NCBI GenBank assembly: GCA_964057225.1
Contig: OZ059896.1
Span: 8,370,001-8,434,000, forward strand
Origin: Auanema rhodensis
Lineage: Eukaryota; Animalia; Nematoda
Direction of reading: 5' to 3'
DNA: 64,000 bases
Position numbers and translations under genes: made by a program. Positions within the stretch are counted from its first letter, which is position 1, and each line of letters begins with the position of its first letter. The notes below the pieces were generated by a model, which was not told the DNA's origin, did not search any database, and saw only the letters and a program-made list of their open reading frames with translations. Shown in pieces: positions 1 through 14,745 of the stretch.

Positions 1-32
1 TATTATGTTATTCATATATATTATTATTGTAG

Positions 33-3000
33 ATGGCGGACGAAGTTTTATTTGATCCGGATGATTATGTATATTGCGCCAGGAGTACAGCTACTAGACA
101 ACCTGCTCCTACAAATACAAGTGTAAAACTTCAATTATTGGAAGAACTCCAGGACACATTAAACATATGGAATAATCTTCATAGTCAGCCTGCCTTTGAT
201 CCAATTCCAACACTTGAAAAGTAAGAATGCCATACTAATAAAATACAGACTAAATATCACCTTTTAAGGATGGCCACAATGCTTGAAGATGCCATTGACG
301 ACTTTTTGAAACAGGATCCTGATCCTTTGGATGACCGTCATCCAAATAGAACACATCCACAGTCAGCTTTTGGTACTCTACTGAAAGTACTTTTTAGAAA
401 TGATATTTTTATGAATAAGGTATATACGTGATTTCTCAACTAAATTTTGTTTTCCATTATCTTCAGCTAATAATTTCTTATTTACTCGGACGTGATCAAC
501 CAGAGCTTAGTGTTGCTGCCGCTAGATTATTATTAAATTGTGTTCCTGGTTTAGATTCCGCTGTTATTTTTTCGGTATCTCGACAAATTATTCGAAATTT
601 AATTGTAAATATTCAGGAACCAGAAGATTTTGTTCCCCAATTATATCATTGGGCAGCTCACAGCGATAATGAAATGTTGCAAGCATATTCTATGGGATTA
701 TTATCTGCTGCAGTTGAAGTTCAAGATAACGCCTCGAAACATCGAGCGTTAAATGCTCAACTGATCCCGGTTGCTTTGAGAAGATTGAATACATTAAGAG
801 TAAGGTTTAATGCAATTTTATTTATGTATTAATGTCATAATAGGAGAGATTAGAACAAGAAAGAAGCCAAGCTAGTATCGGTCCGCCTGCAGATAAACAA
901 ATAGGTTCTCCTCCAGGTCCATTTGCTAATATGAAAATGGATGACGAACCTTTGTGTCGAAGCAATTCTGTAACTTTCTTTATTAAAATAAATTTATTAC
1001 ATTTAATATTCATATCTAGGCTGAGCTTCCAGAAAACTCTAGGAAACTCACAGCTATACTTCCAAAACGGTCAGATAGTGTGAATTCTTATCGTAATGTG
1101 TTTGGAGGTATGTGAATTTTACCCTTATTTGTTATTTTTCTTAAAATCTTACTAATTTTGCTTTTCAATATACTAGTTCACTTTTTTACAGATTCCTTTC
1201 AACCTATGAGAATAAGGCCAACCGCTTCTACAACCGAATCCATCTCTTCACCACCCCGTAAAAAGAAAAAAAATGTAAACTACTCCTTATATAAGAAAAA
1301 ATATTTTAATTTTAGAGTCCTGTAAATTTGCCTCCTAATAATTCATTTGGATCTTTGCAAGATTTAGAAAATAGTTCGAGTAGATGGGACTTAGTTCAAC
1401 CATACGTTATAGGAAATCATAAGGTAATTTTATATCTTGCTGATTATGTTTAAATTTTTTTAATTGCAACAGGTTTTTCCTTTAACAACTGAAATGCATT
1501 TGAGATTAATTCTACAATTTTTGGCTCCTACTGGAGAGTATCAGGATGTATGTGATTTTTTGTTATTTTTTTTATTTTTTCAATATAGTTGCTAAGCCTG
1601 GCCTATGAAGGACAAGCTCTTGATCAGATTCTTTATTACATTGACTTACAAACTACAAAAGATGTTAGGCTTACTTTCGACGCTCTCAGGGTTAGTTTCC
1701 GATGTTTTAATAATGTGATCAATTTTTGTTTAGTATCTCACTTCCTTACTGGTACATAGAAAATTCGCTTTGGAATTTGTTGCGCGTGGTGGCGTTCTAG
1801 CTTTATTGAAAGTTCCAAGGGCATGTATGGCTTCTGTTGGAGTTTCGACTTGCATGTATTATTTGTCTTATAATGAAGATGTTATGGAAAAAGTTTGCCA
1901 GCTTGGAGATAAAATACTAGATAATATAGTAGAGTGGGGAACATGTAAAAATCTATGTTACATTTTTTTTTCTTTCTAGATATTGTTTATGGTGTTTAGA
2001 ACATAGTTATGAAAGTGGAATGGCTAGTGCTTCAATGTTTTTCACTCATGGGTTTTTCTATAAAGCTATTTTAGAAAGATTTGATGAAAAAAATGGGTTG
2101 CGTGTTTTATATAATTATGTAAGTTTATTAATTATTTTTAATTTTTACTAATTTTTTTAGCTCTCAACTTTGTCTTTACTCCATGATGTAGCGAATGCCG
2201 AAAACTTTGAACTATCTGAAGAGCAGATGCATACCAGCACTCAATCTGTAAGAAACGCCTCTGCAGCTTTTCGAAGGTTTTCTTTTAACATAAAGTTTTT
2301 TATTATTATTAATATATTTGAAGTTATGTTGGCGCTCATTTGTATGTTAAATTAGAACAAATTCGTCGTGCTATAGGAAACAAGTCAGTTGTTGCCGGCT
2401 GCATATGGCCATCTTCAATTCAAGGAAATTTACCTCCATACAAAGTGAGTGAAATCTATGGTGATGTTTAAAAATACAGTTTACTTAGACAATGGAACTC
2501 ATTGATGAACCTATGGAACAAGCTGTAAATGTTCTTACAAACCTCATAAGATTCTCATCTTTGAATTGGAGAGCTATTGAAGAGGCTCGGAAAATGGGTT
2601 TAATTCGTGCTATGTTGAGTATTATCATAGGTGCCCAAGATTGGAGTCAAACTGCGGGCAGGTAAAGAAAGCTTCAAAATCTTCTCAATAAAGCTCTCTT
2701 TTTAGGTGTGAAATGGCTAGAAACGCTCTTGAAGTTTTATGGGTTTGCTCTGCCTTACCAAAAGTACAAACAGATTTTTGTGAAGAGTTTGCTGTTGCAA
2801 CTAATCAAATGGAAGGATTCACGTACATTTATAAAATGGTTTTGTTTTTTAATATTTTTTTTAAGGATTCTGGTAGATGTAGCAGATGGTACTGTGTTTG
2901 AGGATGAAGCTGACATTCAAATAGCAGCTTTATTAGTTATTATTAACTGTTGTGCTTCTTCGGACCCTACAGGAAAAGTAGTGAAATCTCATATCTTTTT

Positions 3001-6000
3001 TTAAATGATCATATGCTTTAGTTATCCTCCAGAGGCGAAGGAGGTAGAAAATCTAGAATGTCTTCTGTTGGAATTTTACAACAAGGTGTCAAAGAATCTC
3101 TTGACAAAGTTTATACATGTTTACGCCAAAATAATATTCTTATGGTAAATTTTTCGTATATTAGTTCATTTTTTATCTTTCGTCAGGTTTTGAATAACAT
3201 TATTCGGAAGCGGACTCCTGTATCTGAAGCTGATCGCTTACGGGCAACGGCATGTAAAGCTTTATTAGGATTAGCACGGTCTCAGGAAATTCGGCAAATC
3301 CTCACCAAACTTCCTCTCATAGCTTCCAATGAATTACAAAGTTTTTTTGATTTTCTAAGTAGTATACTAATAAGAAAATTAAAGGTTTAATGAAAGAGCC
3401 TGTAGCTCAGGATAAAAAAACATTCCACAATATGTTTTGTAAATGTTCTAAGGAATTATTTGAAGTGGTAACGGAAAGACCTGTTTCCAGTCCAATGCCT
3501 AATCCAAAAGATTTGACACAGGTTTCAATATTAGTTTCTAGAAATGGTATTCTAATTAGTTCTTCAATTCAGGAACAACTTTGGAAAGCACGTATAGTTT
3601 CTAAGACTAAAATTACATACAATGAGAAAGAACTACTTCAACTCATACATGAACATCTGTTGAAAAAAGGCTTAACGGAGACGGCCACTCATCTTATGAA
3701 AGAAGCAGAGTTACCTGATGTACCCGCTAGCCTTCTATCGTCTACTCCCTCTCGTCTTCAGCCACTTGTAACCAACAGTTTTATGTTTATTTTAATATAT
3801 ATATATGTTTTCAGCCTCAATCGTTGACATGGCAATCTCCACCCAGAGCAAAACGAACACTTCTTTTGGATTCTGGAACATCTCCTGCAATTACAGCTCA
3901 GCCTTCTACTTCCCAAACGTCGTCTATGTCTGAAGTTGAGTTCGCTACACCGTCTAGAGTACGTCGCCATAGTAAGATCCGCTCACATTAATCATAATCT
4001 TTGTTTTCCATAGAGCATGGATATTTTCCAAGAAGGTTGACTTTGCGCCCTTCCGTTTCAATGAGAAATTGCCATCACTCTGATAATTCATTGAAGCCAC
4101 TGAAAGGATTAGATCATATAATTACTGACTATTTTAGGTAAATTATTTTTGTAAATATTTTAAAATACTTAAATTTTAGAACTCAACACTCAATGTGTAA
4201 AAATCCTGTAACTACTTGCCCGCCGTTCTCCTTATATTATCCCCACCAATGTCCAGAACCACGAACTGTAGGAGAAATTTCTCAGAATATAGTTCAACGG
4301 TTCTTAAATAGACCTGTCATAAAATCACAACTATTGTAATTTGAATTGTTTCGAAAGCTTCATAATATGTTTTGTGTTTAGACCATATTCTCGTTTGCAA
4401 GATGAACGACTAGTTTTCAGTAAATTCAGGCCTTCTCGAACGATATGCGAACATGAAGAGATGTATACAAGTTGTGCTTTTTCGGTTTGAATTTTTTTCT
4501 TTTTTTTGTTAATAACGTAAATATAGATCGATGACGAACATTTGATTGTTGGAATGTTCACAGGTGATGTACATTGGATTAATATGGAATCAGGGGTAGA
4601 GGAGTCTCAGACGAGTTGTCATAGTTCAGGAATTACATCTATCGTTCCCAGCAAAGTTTGTATTTTTTGCTCCTATTTGATTATAATTTGTCTTTAGGAC
4701 GGTACAATGCTTTTAACGTCGTCTGCTTATATTCATCCTCTTTCTTCTATGTGGAGACTAGGAGAAGCTCAAGAACATTTGTATGATTTTAACGATGAAT
4801 ACTTTGTTCAATTCTCAAATTGTTCTCAAGACAAAATTGTAGGGACGAATGGCGAGCATGCAACGGTTTGATCAATTGTGTATAATTACTAAAGTTAATT
4901 TTAGGTATACGATACCGAATCTGGTAGAATGCTTATCCGTTTTAGTAGAAAAGGTTTAGGAGCTCGTTATCAACATAATAAAGCAAGTTTTTCTCCTTGC
5001 GATGAGTTAGTGCTTAACGATGGTATACTGTGGGATGTAAGATGTCCAGATCAGGTTTTTAAATTAATAAAGGTAATCATAACGTTAAACATTGCAGTTT
5101 GTACACTCTTTCGATAAAATGAATCCTACCAACTCAGGAGTTTTCCATCCCCATGGCCGAGAAATTATTCTCAATAGTGAAGTTGTAAGTTTCTAACAAA
5201 ATATTTAATAATTCATTATACTACTTTAAGTGGGACGTTCGAACCTTCCGGTTACTTCATACTGTTCCTGCTTTAGATCAGTGTAAAATAATTTTCAATT
5301 CAACCGGAGTATGTTGTTTTTTTATGTTACTTTTCGTAACTTTAATGTTGTAGAATATTCTATATGCAACAACCCATACGGAGAGTTCAGAACCAGATAA
5401 CAGCATTAGACACTTAGGATCATCTTTTCGCACGCTTGATTCAAGAGATTATTCAGTACAATAGTTTTTTATTTTATTCTATTACGAAATGAATCGTTTC
5501 AGGGTCTCACTACGGTTGATTCCAAGAGAGCATTGTTAGATATATGTTGTGATCACTCTGATAGATATGTTGCCGTTGTAGAAAAACTTCGGTCAGGGCC
5601 TAATGAGTTTCTTCTTCATCATGAAGAAAGTCTTGTCCGAACCTATGAGGTGAACACTTACATAGTGATAGCTCTTTACTGATTCTTGTTCCAGGTGGGT
5701 AAACATAGAGATGCTGAAGATGATGCGGATGAGGATGAAGAAGATGATAACGAAGATGGAGGAAGTGCTGATTTGGAAAGTGATAGTGACAGTATGACGG
5801 ATGTCGATGATGGTAGTTCTGATCTTATTGGATCAGAGGATGTATTCGATGCAATTGGCCGCGTAAGATTATTCTGTGCTAATTTGCATGTGATATTTTG
5901 TGCTTCAGCTGGAAGCAGGTAGCAGTTCTTCTTCCTCTGACTCTTATCGTTCGGATGATAGTGACTCTGGGAGCTGGGAAACAGCATCTAACCAAGATAT

Positions 6001-6399
6001 AGATAACAGTAAGATTTAGAAATACGTTTGAATTGTATGTTATTAATAATCTATGCTTAGTGAATGAGCAGCTTCTGGGATCAGAAGGTGAAGCTAACGC
6101 GGAGGGAAATGCGAACGCTGCTAATCAGGACGAGGAAGAAGACGATGAAAACGATTCAGATGATGACGACTCTAACGATAATGATGATGATGATAATGAT
6201 AATGACGATGATGATGATGATGATGATGATGGTGATGATTTAGAGGAAATGGATATTACTTACAGGTAATTTTTGAAATTGTTTCAATCTATGAAATTCT
6301 GTTTCCAGACCGGATTCTGAGGATGCACACCCTAGTAGTAGTACGACTGCTTTAAACCCTCATCTCCGTAAGCAGCGACGACGCCGTAGCGAAAGCTAA
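33..6399 (+). CDS. dcaf-1: DDB1- and CUL4-associated factor 1 (DCAF1/VprBP), ~36 exons
   Basis: Spliced translation has DCAF1 hallmarks: [20 protein letters not shown], LisH region ([28 protein letters not shown]), [19 protein letters not shown]40 region ([18 protein letters not shown]) and a D/E-rich tail. ATG at 33 follows ttgtag directly (trans-splice site or internal exon); TAA at 6397-6399; AATAAA at 6585-6590. Confidence 0.96.
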
Positions 6400-6696
6400 T
6401 AAGTGTCTTTAAATTTTATCGTTAAATTTACATTTCTTGGATGTATATATCTAGAACGTTCCGTATCATTCTGTTCTTAAATTGAATGTCTTGTTGTTAA
6501 CTGGTACATCTTTCCATTAGAGATTTTATTTGTTTTTTTTATGAAAGCCTCATTCTTCACTGTTTTGTTGATTGTTACTGATACAATAAAGATAGTATTA
6601 TGTTGTTTAGAAGTTTGACAATAAGTATTACGTTGGTTATAGATATTTGGAGGAAATATTATAAATGCATTTGGTTAGATATTTCAGATATCTGCC

Positions 6697-7025
6697 ATGG
6701 AAGTAGATCCCAATGAAGTAGATATGAATAATCAAAATTTGAAAGCAGATGAAGTTTGATTATTATGCATTGATTTTTAATATGTGATGTATCATAGAGC
6801 GAATGGTTGTGGAATGAAAATGAATATTTGGTATTTTCAAAGGTTTAGTTTTTTACATCTTTTTTAATTTATAGAAAAAAGAATTAGAATCTGATAATCA
6901 AGCAATTCAGAAGGTATTCTATTCGTCCGAACTAAGTTGTTATTTATTTGTAGATCGCTGAATCAAGTGATAAATATGAATTTGATAAGCTTGATAAGAA
7001 ATTTAGGTATACTCTTCATATTTGA
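6697..7025 (+). CDS. Unannotated 66-aa acidic microprotein, 4 exons (6697-6753, 6798-6830, 6875-6913, 6954-7025)
   Basis: Three phase-0 GT-AG introns of 44, 44 and 40 nt join into one open frame: MEVDPNEVDMNNQNLKADESEWLWNENEYLKKELESDNQAIQKIAESSDKYEFDKLDKKFRYTLHI*. TTTCAG acceptor at 6682-6687, GCCATGG start context, AATAAA at 7058-7063. Confidence 0.72.
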
Positions 7026-7060
7026 TTGGAGATTCCGGAATGTATTTAATGCCTTACAAT

Positions 7061-7270
7061 AAATCATTGATAATATCAAGCTATTCGAATGTTTACTGGA
7101 ACGCATAGATGAGAAATGTGTTATTTTGGAGAATTGGCGAGGGGAATGAACGGTGAATATGATTTATTGAATCTTTAATTTTAATTTTGTCAAAGTTTAT
7201 TGCTTATGAAAATGGGCGTTCTCCTAGGTTCATCAATGCTATAAAGAGGGGGAAAATATTTGATAAAATC
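7061..7270 (+). promoter_or_regulatory. Candidate promoter of the dihydropyrimidinase gene (TATA box plus GATA sites)
   Basis: TATAAA at 7240-7245; TGATAA at 7068-7073 and 7261-7266; ATG at 7401. Short motifs in AT-rich DNA, so support is weak. Confidence 0.35.
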
Positions 7271-7400
7271 ACATTTTTTTCATTTTTAATTCTTTATAAT
7301 TTGGCCAACTAGATCATTTTTATACTACTATCACAATTATACTGTTCTTATAGTAAGCTAAGTGCATTTTTGTACATATACTATCAAAGTATCTACAATA

Positions 7401-9653
<2,253 letters not shown>

Positions 9654-9761
9654 ACAGTAGTCGATTTGTACGCCTATGAAACTTTCAAACTTTGATTTTA
9701 TTCAGTTTAATGATTAACAACAAAAACACAACAAAGAAGTAACAAGTATAACAAACAAATT

Positions 9762-11126
9762 CTAACATAATTTTCTTTTTTTACGCTTTGAACAATTTTC
9801 TTCATCATATTTCTCAAGTTTCTCAATGGATTTAACTACATCAGCTTCAGTAAGAACTTCTTGGGGTTGTGGTGGTTCGAAATGATAAGGATCTTGGTTT
9901 TGAGCAGCCGATTTATACCTATTCAAATTATTAAAAAACGGATGAAACCACAAACAAACTTTTTGACAAGCGCGTAGATTTTCTTTCTGCGAGAAGCATT
10001 TATCTCCTCTCGTTTTCCAATGTTCATAAGCATTTTACCCAAGGCATTATAGTCAAACTAAAGTGCTACATAATGATATCTTTAGAATATTAACTGATAA
10101 TAACCTGAATTCCACCCTGTGGAACTTCCTCTCCTTCCTCAGCAGCAGCTAACTCCTCGGATTTTTGATGAAGAATTGTGGCAAAAACTTCGTCTATTAT
10201 CGAATCAAACAAATAATTGCTGAAATTCAGCAAAGTTACTCATAACCACTGAAACCACTAAATACCTAGCATTCTTGTCGGCCAATAATTCGGCAAAAGG
10301 CTCCAGAATCGCAGTAATTTGCTTTTTTGTTAGCCCTCCTACAAGTTAAGTTGCAACTTAAAAAAAGTAAAATGTGTCATACCTGCATTATCTAATTCAT
10401 CCAACACTAAGGAAGCAAAATGGAATTTAAGTCCTTCCGACACTGATTTGTCTAGAAAAAAACAAATAAAATAAAAGTAAACTTTGGAAAATTACTTGAA
10501 GTTATGGTCGTTTCCCTAAAAGCATTGAAATACTGTTCACGAACAGACTTCTTCCATTTGCACGAAGATAAATAAGCAAATAATACTCGAATAACCCTTC
10601 TTATCAACTAAAAAATTGAAAGTTATACGTCAATATCGAAAGGTTACCATCAAAAATTTATCCATTCTCCATCTATCCACATTATGCCATTCTTTGGATA
10701 AGCTTTTAAAAATGCACTTAATAAATAAAACACGCTCAGCTTCAGAATCAAATATTTGCAAAAGATTACTAATGATATCAGCTAATTCTTCCTAAAAAGA
10801 ACATTCTAGAAAATTAATTGAATATCTAGCTAACCTGAAGAAGCATTTTGTCCTGCATCCACATAACATAATGAAGACCTTTGCATAACCTGATCATATC
10901 ATCTTCAGAAAAAGCTAAACGGAAGATTTAATAGAGATTGTTGCTTAATACAACTATTTGTGAAGATTCATCATAATTGTTAAAAGTTGAATTACTTACC
11001 TTTTATAGCTGATTGTTCCTTTATCCAATCATGTAACGCATTTAGAGCTCTTTTACGAGTTCCAGGTTCACCACATGCTAGTTTTTGAGCAAAAACAATC
11101 TCTACACTTTCCAAATCAACATCCAT
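9762..11126 (-). CDS. rrp-1: Ribosomal RNA processing protein 1 (RRP1/NOP52), copy A, 8 exons
   Basis: MDVDLESVEIVFAQKLACGEPGTRKRAL, KGLHYVMWMQDKMLLQEELA, EWHNVDRWRMDKFLML are Nop52-family motifs. The frame stays open across seven GT-AG introns. Confidence 0.92.
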
Positions 11127-11475
11127 GGCTTAGCCTATAATATTTCTTTCATTTTCAAAGCAAAAAAATTAAAGATAATAATAATTTTTTAATACAATTA
11201 AAATTCAAAAATATGGGATCTCGTCGCGCCAGCGTTTCGTACGCGATTGTGCTCTTCAAAACATATGCCCTGCTTTAAGAGAAAACGTATTCTATCAGAT
11301 TTTTCCTGTTATATCTCCATTACATCAAGAGAACCTCATGAATAACTAAAGTAAATAATATGGTACCATCACGACAGGAACTACAACATGATTAAGCCCC
11401 TTGTAAAAGAATAGTATAAATTTATTTTTAACAACAAAAACACAACAAAGAAGTAACAAGTATAACAAACAAATT

Positions 11476-12842
11476 CTAACATAATTTTCTTTTTTTACGC
11501 TTTGAACAATTTTCTTCATCATATTTCTCAAGTTTCTCAATGGACTTAACTACATCAGCTTCAGTAAGAACTTCTTGGGGTTGTGGTGGTTCGAAATGAT
11601 AAGGATCTTGGTTTTGAGCAGCCGATTTATACCTATTCAAATTATTAAAAAACGGATGAAACCACAAACAAACTTTTTGACAAGCGCGTAGATTTTCTTT
11701 CTGCGAGAAGCATTTATCTCCTCTCGTTTTCCAATGTTCATAAGCATTTTACCCAAGGCATTATAGTCAAACTAAAGTGCTACATAATGATATCTTTAGA
11801 ATATTAACTGATAATAACCTGAATTCCACCCTGTGGAACTTCCTCTCCTTCCTCAGCAGCAGCCAACTCCTCGGATTTTTGATGAAGAATTGTGGCAAAA
11901 ACTTCGTCTATTATCGAATCAAACAAATAATTGCTGAAATTCAGCAAAGTTACTCATAACCACTGAAACCACTAAATACCTAGCATTCTTGTCGGCCAAT
12001 AATTCGGCAAAAGGCTCCAGAATCGCAGTAATTTGCTTTTTTGTTAGCCCTCCTACAAGTTAAGTTGCAACTTAAAAAAAAGTAAAATATGTCATACCTG
12101 CATTATCTAATTCATCCAACACTAAGGAAGCAAAATGGAATTTAAGTCCTTCCGACACTGATTTGTCTAGAAAAAAACAAATAAAATAAAAGTAAACTTT
12201 GGAAAATTACTTGAAGTTATGGTCGTTTCCCTAAAAGCATTGAAATACTGTTCACGAACAGACTTCTTCCATTTGCACGAAGATAAATAAGCAAATAATA
12301 CTCGAATAACCCTTCTTATCAACTAAAAAATTGAAAGTTATACGTCAATATCGAAAGGTTACCATCAAAAATTTATCCATTCTCCATCTATCCACATTAT
12401 GCCATTCTTTGGATAAGCTTTTAAAAATGCACTTAATAAATAAAACACGCTCAGCTTCAGAATCAAATATTTGCAAAAGATTACTAATGATATCAGCTAA
12501 TTCTTCCTAAAAAAGAACATTCTAGAAAATTAATTGAATATCTAGCTAACCTGAAGAAGCATTTTGTCCTGCATCCACATAACATAATGAAGACCTTTGC
12601 ATAACCTGATCATATCATCTTCAGAAAAAGCTAAACGGAAGATTTAATAGAGATTGTTGCTTAATACAACTATTTGTGAAGATTCATCATAATTGCTAAA
12701 AGTTGAATTACTTACCTTTTATAGCTGATTGTTCCTTTATCCAATCATGCAACGCATTTAGAGCTCTTTTACGAGTTCCAGGTTCACCACACGCTAGTTT
12801 TTGAGCAAAAACAATCTCTACACTTTCCAAATCAACATCCAT
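11476..12842 (-). CDS. rrp-1: RRP1/NOP52, copy B (protein identical to copy A)
   Basis: Same exon structure as copy A; only synonymous and intronic differences seen. Confidence 0.92.
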
Positions 12843-13098
12843 GGCTTAGCCTATAATATTTCTTTCATTTTCAAAGCAAAAAAATTAAAGATAATAATAA
12901 TTTTTTAATACAATTAAAATTCAAAAATATGGGATCTCGTCGCGCCAGCGTTTCGTACGTGAAAATTACTGAAAATCTGACACATTTTAATTGAAACATA
13001 TAGCTTTAGATTTTTGAAGAATTAGCTTTGAAATTGTGATTATTATTGTTCAAGTTGAATTTATGCATACTGATCACATATCGTAGTTAAATTACAGA
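12843..13098. promoter_or_regulatory. Short bidirectional promoter between rrp-1 copy B and RPC4
   Basis: 256 bp between divergent ATGs, with a CpG-rich core TCGTCGCGCCAGCGTTTCGTACG (12937-12959) containing an E2F-like TCGCGCC. Confidence 0.65.
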
Positions 13099-14745
13099 AT
13101 GTCAGCAAGAGGACGAGGGAATGTAACCATAAAACGTGGAGCTTTACCTAATTTAGCATTAGCTGGCAAAAGAGAAGGCGGTGCTACACCAAGCTCCAAT
13201 ACTAGGGGGTTCGTTGTAGCTTCATATATGCTTTTAAATTTAATTTTAAGAGGAAAACGAGATGGTAGAGGACGTGGAAGAGGACGTGGTCGTGGCGGTG
13301 GTCGTGGAGGATTTCCAAAACAGGCTTTGATTCAGTCTGAGGGTATTTTTTCTGATGGGTTGAGTGGAGCTGACCCATCCAAAAGAACTGCAGATAAAGA
13401 TCCAGCAATAAGTAAAACTTATGCTGATTTCTTCTCTATATTTGGAATTGCAGCGTTTACTATTTCAAATCGTCGAGAAAAAAAGGAAGGAGCTACTGAA
13501 AAAACTTATGAAGATCCTGGAAATGGTTGGGAGGAAATGTGGGAGAGTGACGAAGAGGAAGATAAGAAAGAACTTGTGGATTTACTACAAGACAAGGTAT
13601 ATATTTATTCGATGTTAGAAAATAAATTTCTTTTTCAGTTTATTTCTGACTACCGACGTGGAAATAAAATGCCAATTGTTCTTCCACAACAGGATGAGCC
13701 GCAGTTTTTCAATGTATAAAACTGTGCTCTTCTTTTTTTATCAAATTTTCACTTAGGTATTGGAGAAAGGGACGAAAGAGGAAATGATGTCTGATAAGGA
13801 GTTAGACGATATGGAAGTGGATGATATTAAACCATCGTGAGTTGCAGGATAGTTCATCGAAATGATTGAATTTTAGAACGGTAGAAGCAGATAGTAAAGA
13901 AGAAGATCGAAATGCTACAATAAGGTTTAGTAAGAAAGCAGGTCATATATTTCTCCAAAAAGGTTACCTTGAATTTACATTTATTTTTTTATTTTTTATT
14001 TAAAGATGCTGAAGATTGTATATTCCTTCTTCAATTACCTAGCGTTGTTAATGTTCTATCAGAGACTTCGAAGACTGAAGAAATTTGTATTTCTCAGGTT
14101 AGTTTTAAAAATTTTTATCTGCTTTGAAGTTGTTTTAGCCCGATGGTGTAATTGAAGACAATGAACGTTCTAAAATCGTACCCAAGCTTCCTGCAGGGTG
14201 TAAAATTGGCTCTTTGAAAGTTACTCGAACTGGGAGATTAATTCTTCATATAAATGGAATGAAAATTGATCTCTCAAAATCAACAAATGGCGGTCATCAA
14301 GAAGTACAGTAACTTTTTGATTATTTCTACACATTTAATAATTTTATAGGGAGTAATGTTACTGGAAACTATGAGCAGAACAGAAGGATCAGGAGGTGGC
14401 ATTTTACAAGTTCGGAGTACAGAGGAAGGTTCTGACGCTGTTTATTTTATGGGAAATGTGAAACATCATTTATGCGGTTCTTTAAATTGGGCGAATGTTC
14501 AACCAAAAACTTCCACGCAAAGCGTTCGTTCTTGTTATATTTTTTAAAGTACATAATATATTTTTTAGTCAAGAGCTTCACCTACTAAGAATCAATCTAA
14601 ATCTAATAGTTCGGGTAATGTCGATTTAAAAGAAAAACTTGCTAGCATCCGTAAAGAAACGTCCAATTGGAGTAATTTAGCTGAACGATGGGCTGCCCCA
14701 CCTGGGGAGTTACCACATAGCTCTGGGAGACGCTCAGGAAAATAG
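13099..14745 (+). CDS. POLR3D: RNA polymerase III subunit RPC4 (POLR3D/C53), 10 exons
   Basis: RG-rich N-terminus followed by LIQSEGIFSDG; C-terminal RPC4 domain IFLLQLP...KIGSLKVTRTGRLILHINGMKIDL...YFMGNVKHHLCGSLNW. TAG at 14743-14745; AATAAA at 14916-14921. Confidence 0.85.

Larger units (their letters stand above)
9714..12959. repeat. Direct tandem duplication: 9714-11243 and 11428-12959, separated by a unique 184-bp spacer
   Basis: By-eye alignment gives offset 1714 rising to 1716, with six substitutions and two 1-nt poly-A indels over ~1530 bp. Confidence 0.97.

Noticed and set aside
5676-5987. Ser-rich minus-strand ORF
   Set aside because: Antisense of the GAT/GAA-rich acidic tail of dcaf-1.
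10346-10361. Perfect 16-bp palindrome TTAAGTTGCAACTTAA in an rrp-1 intron
   Set aside because: Short, AT-rich and isolated; its second occurrence is only due to the duplication.
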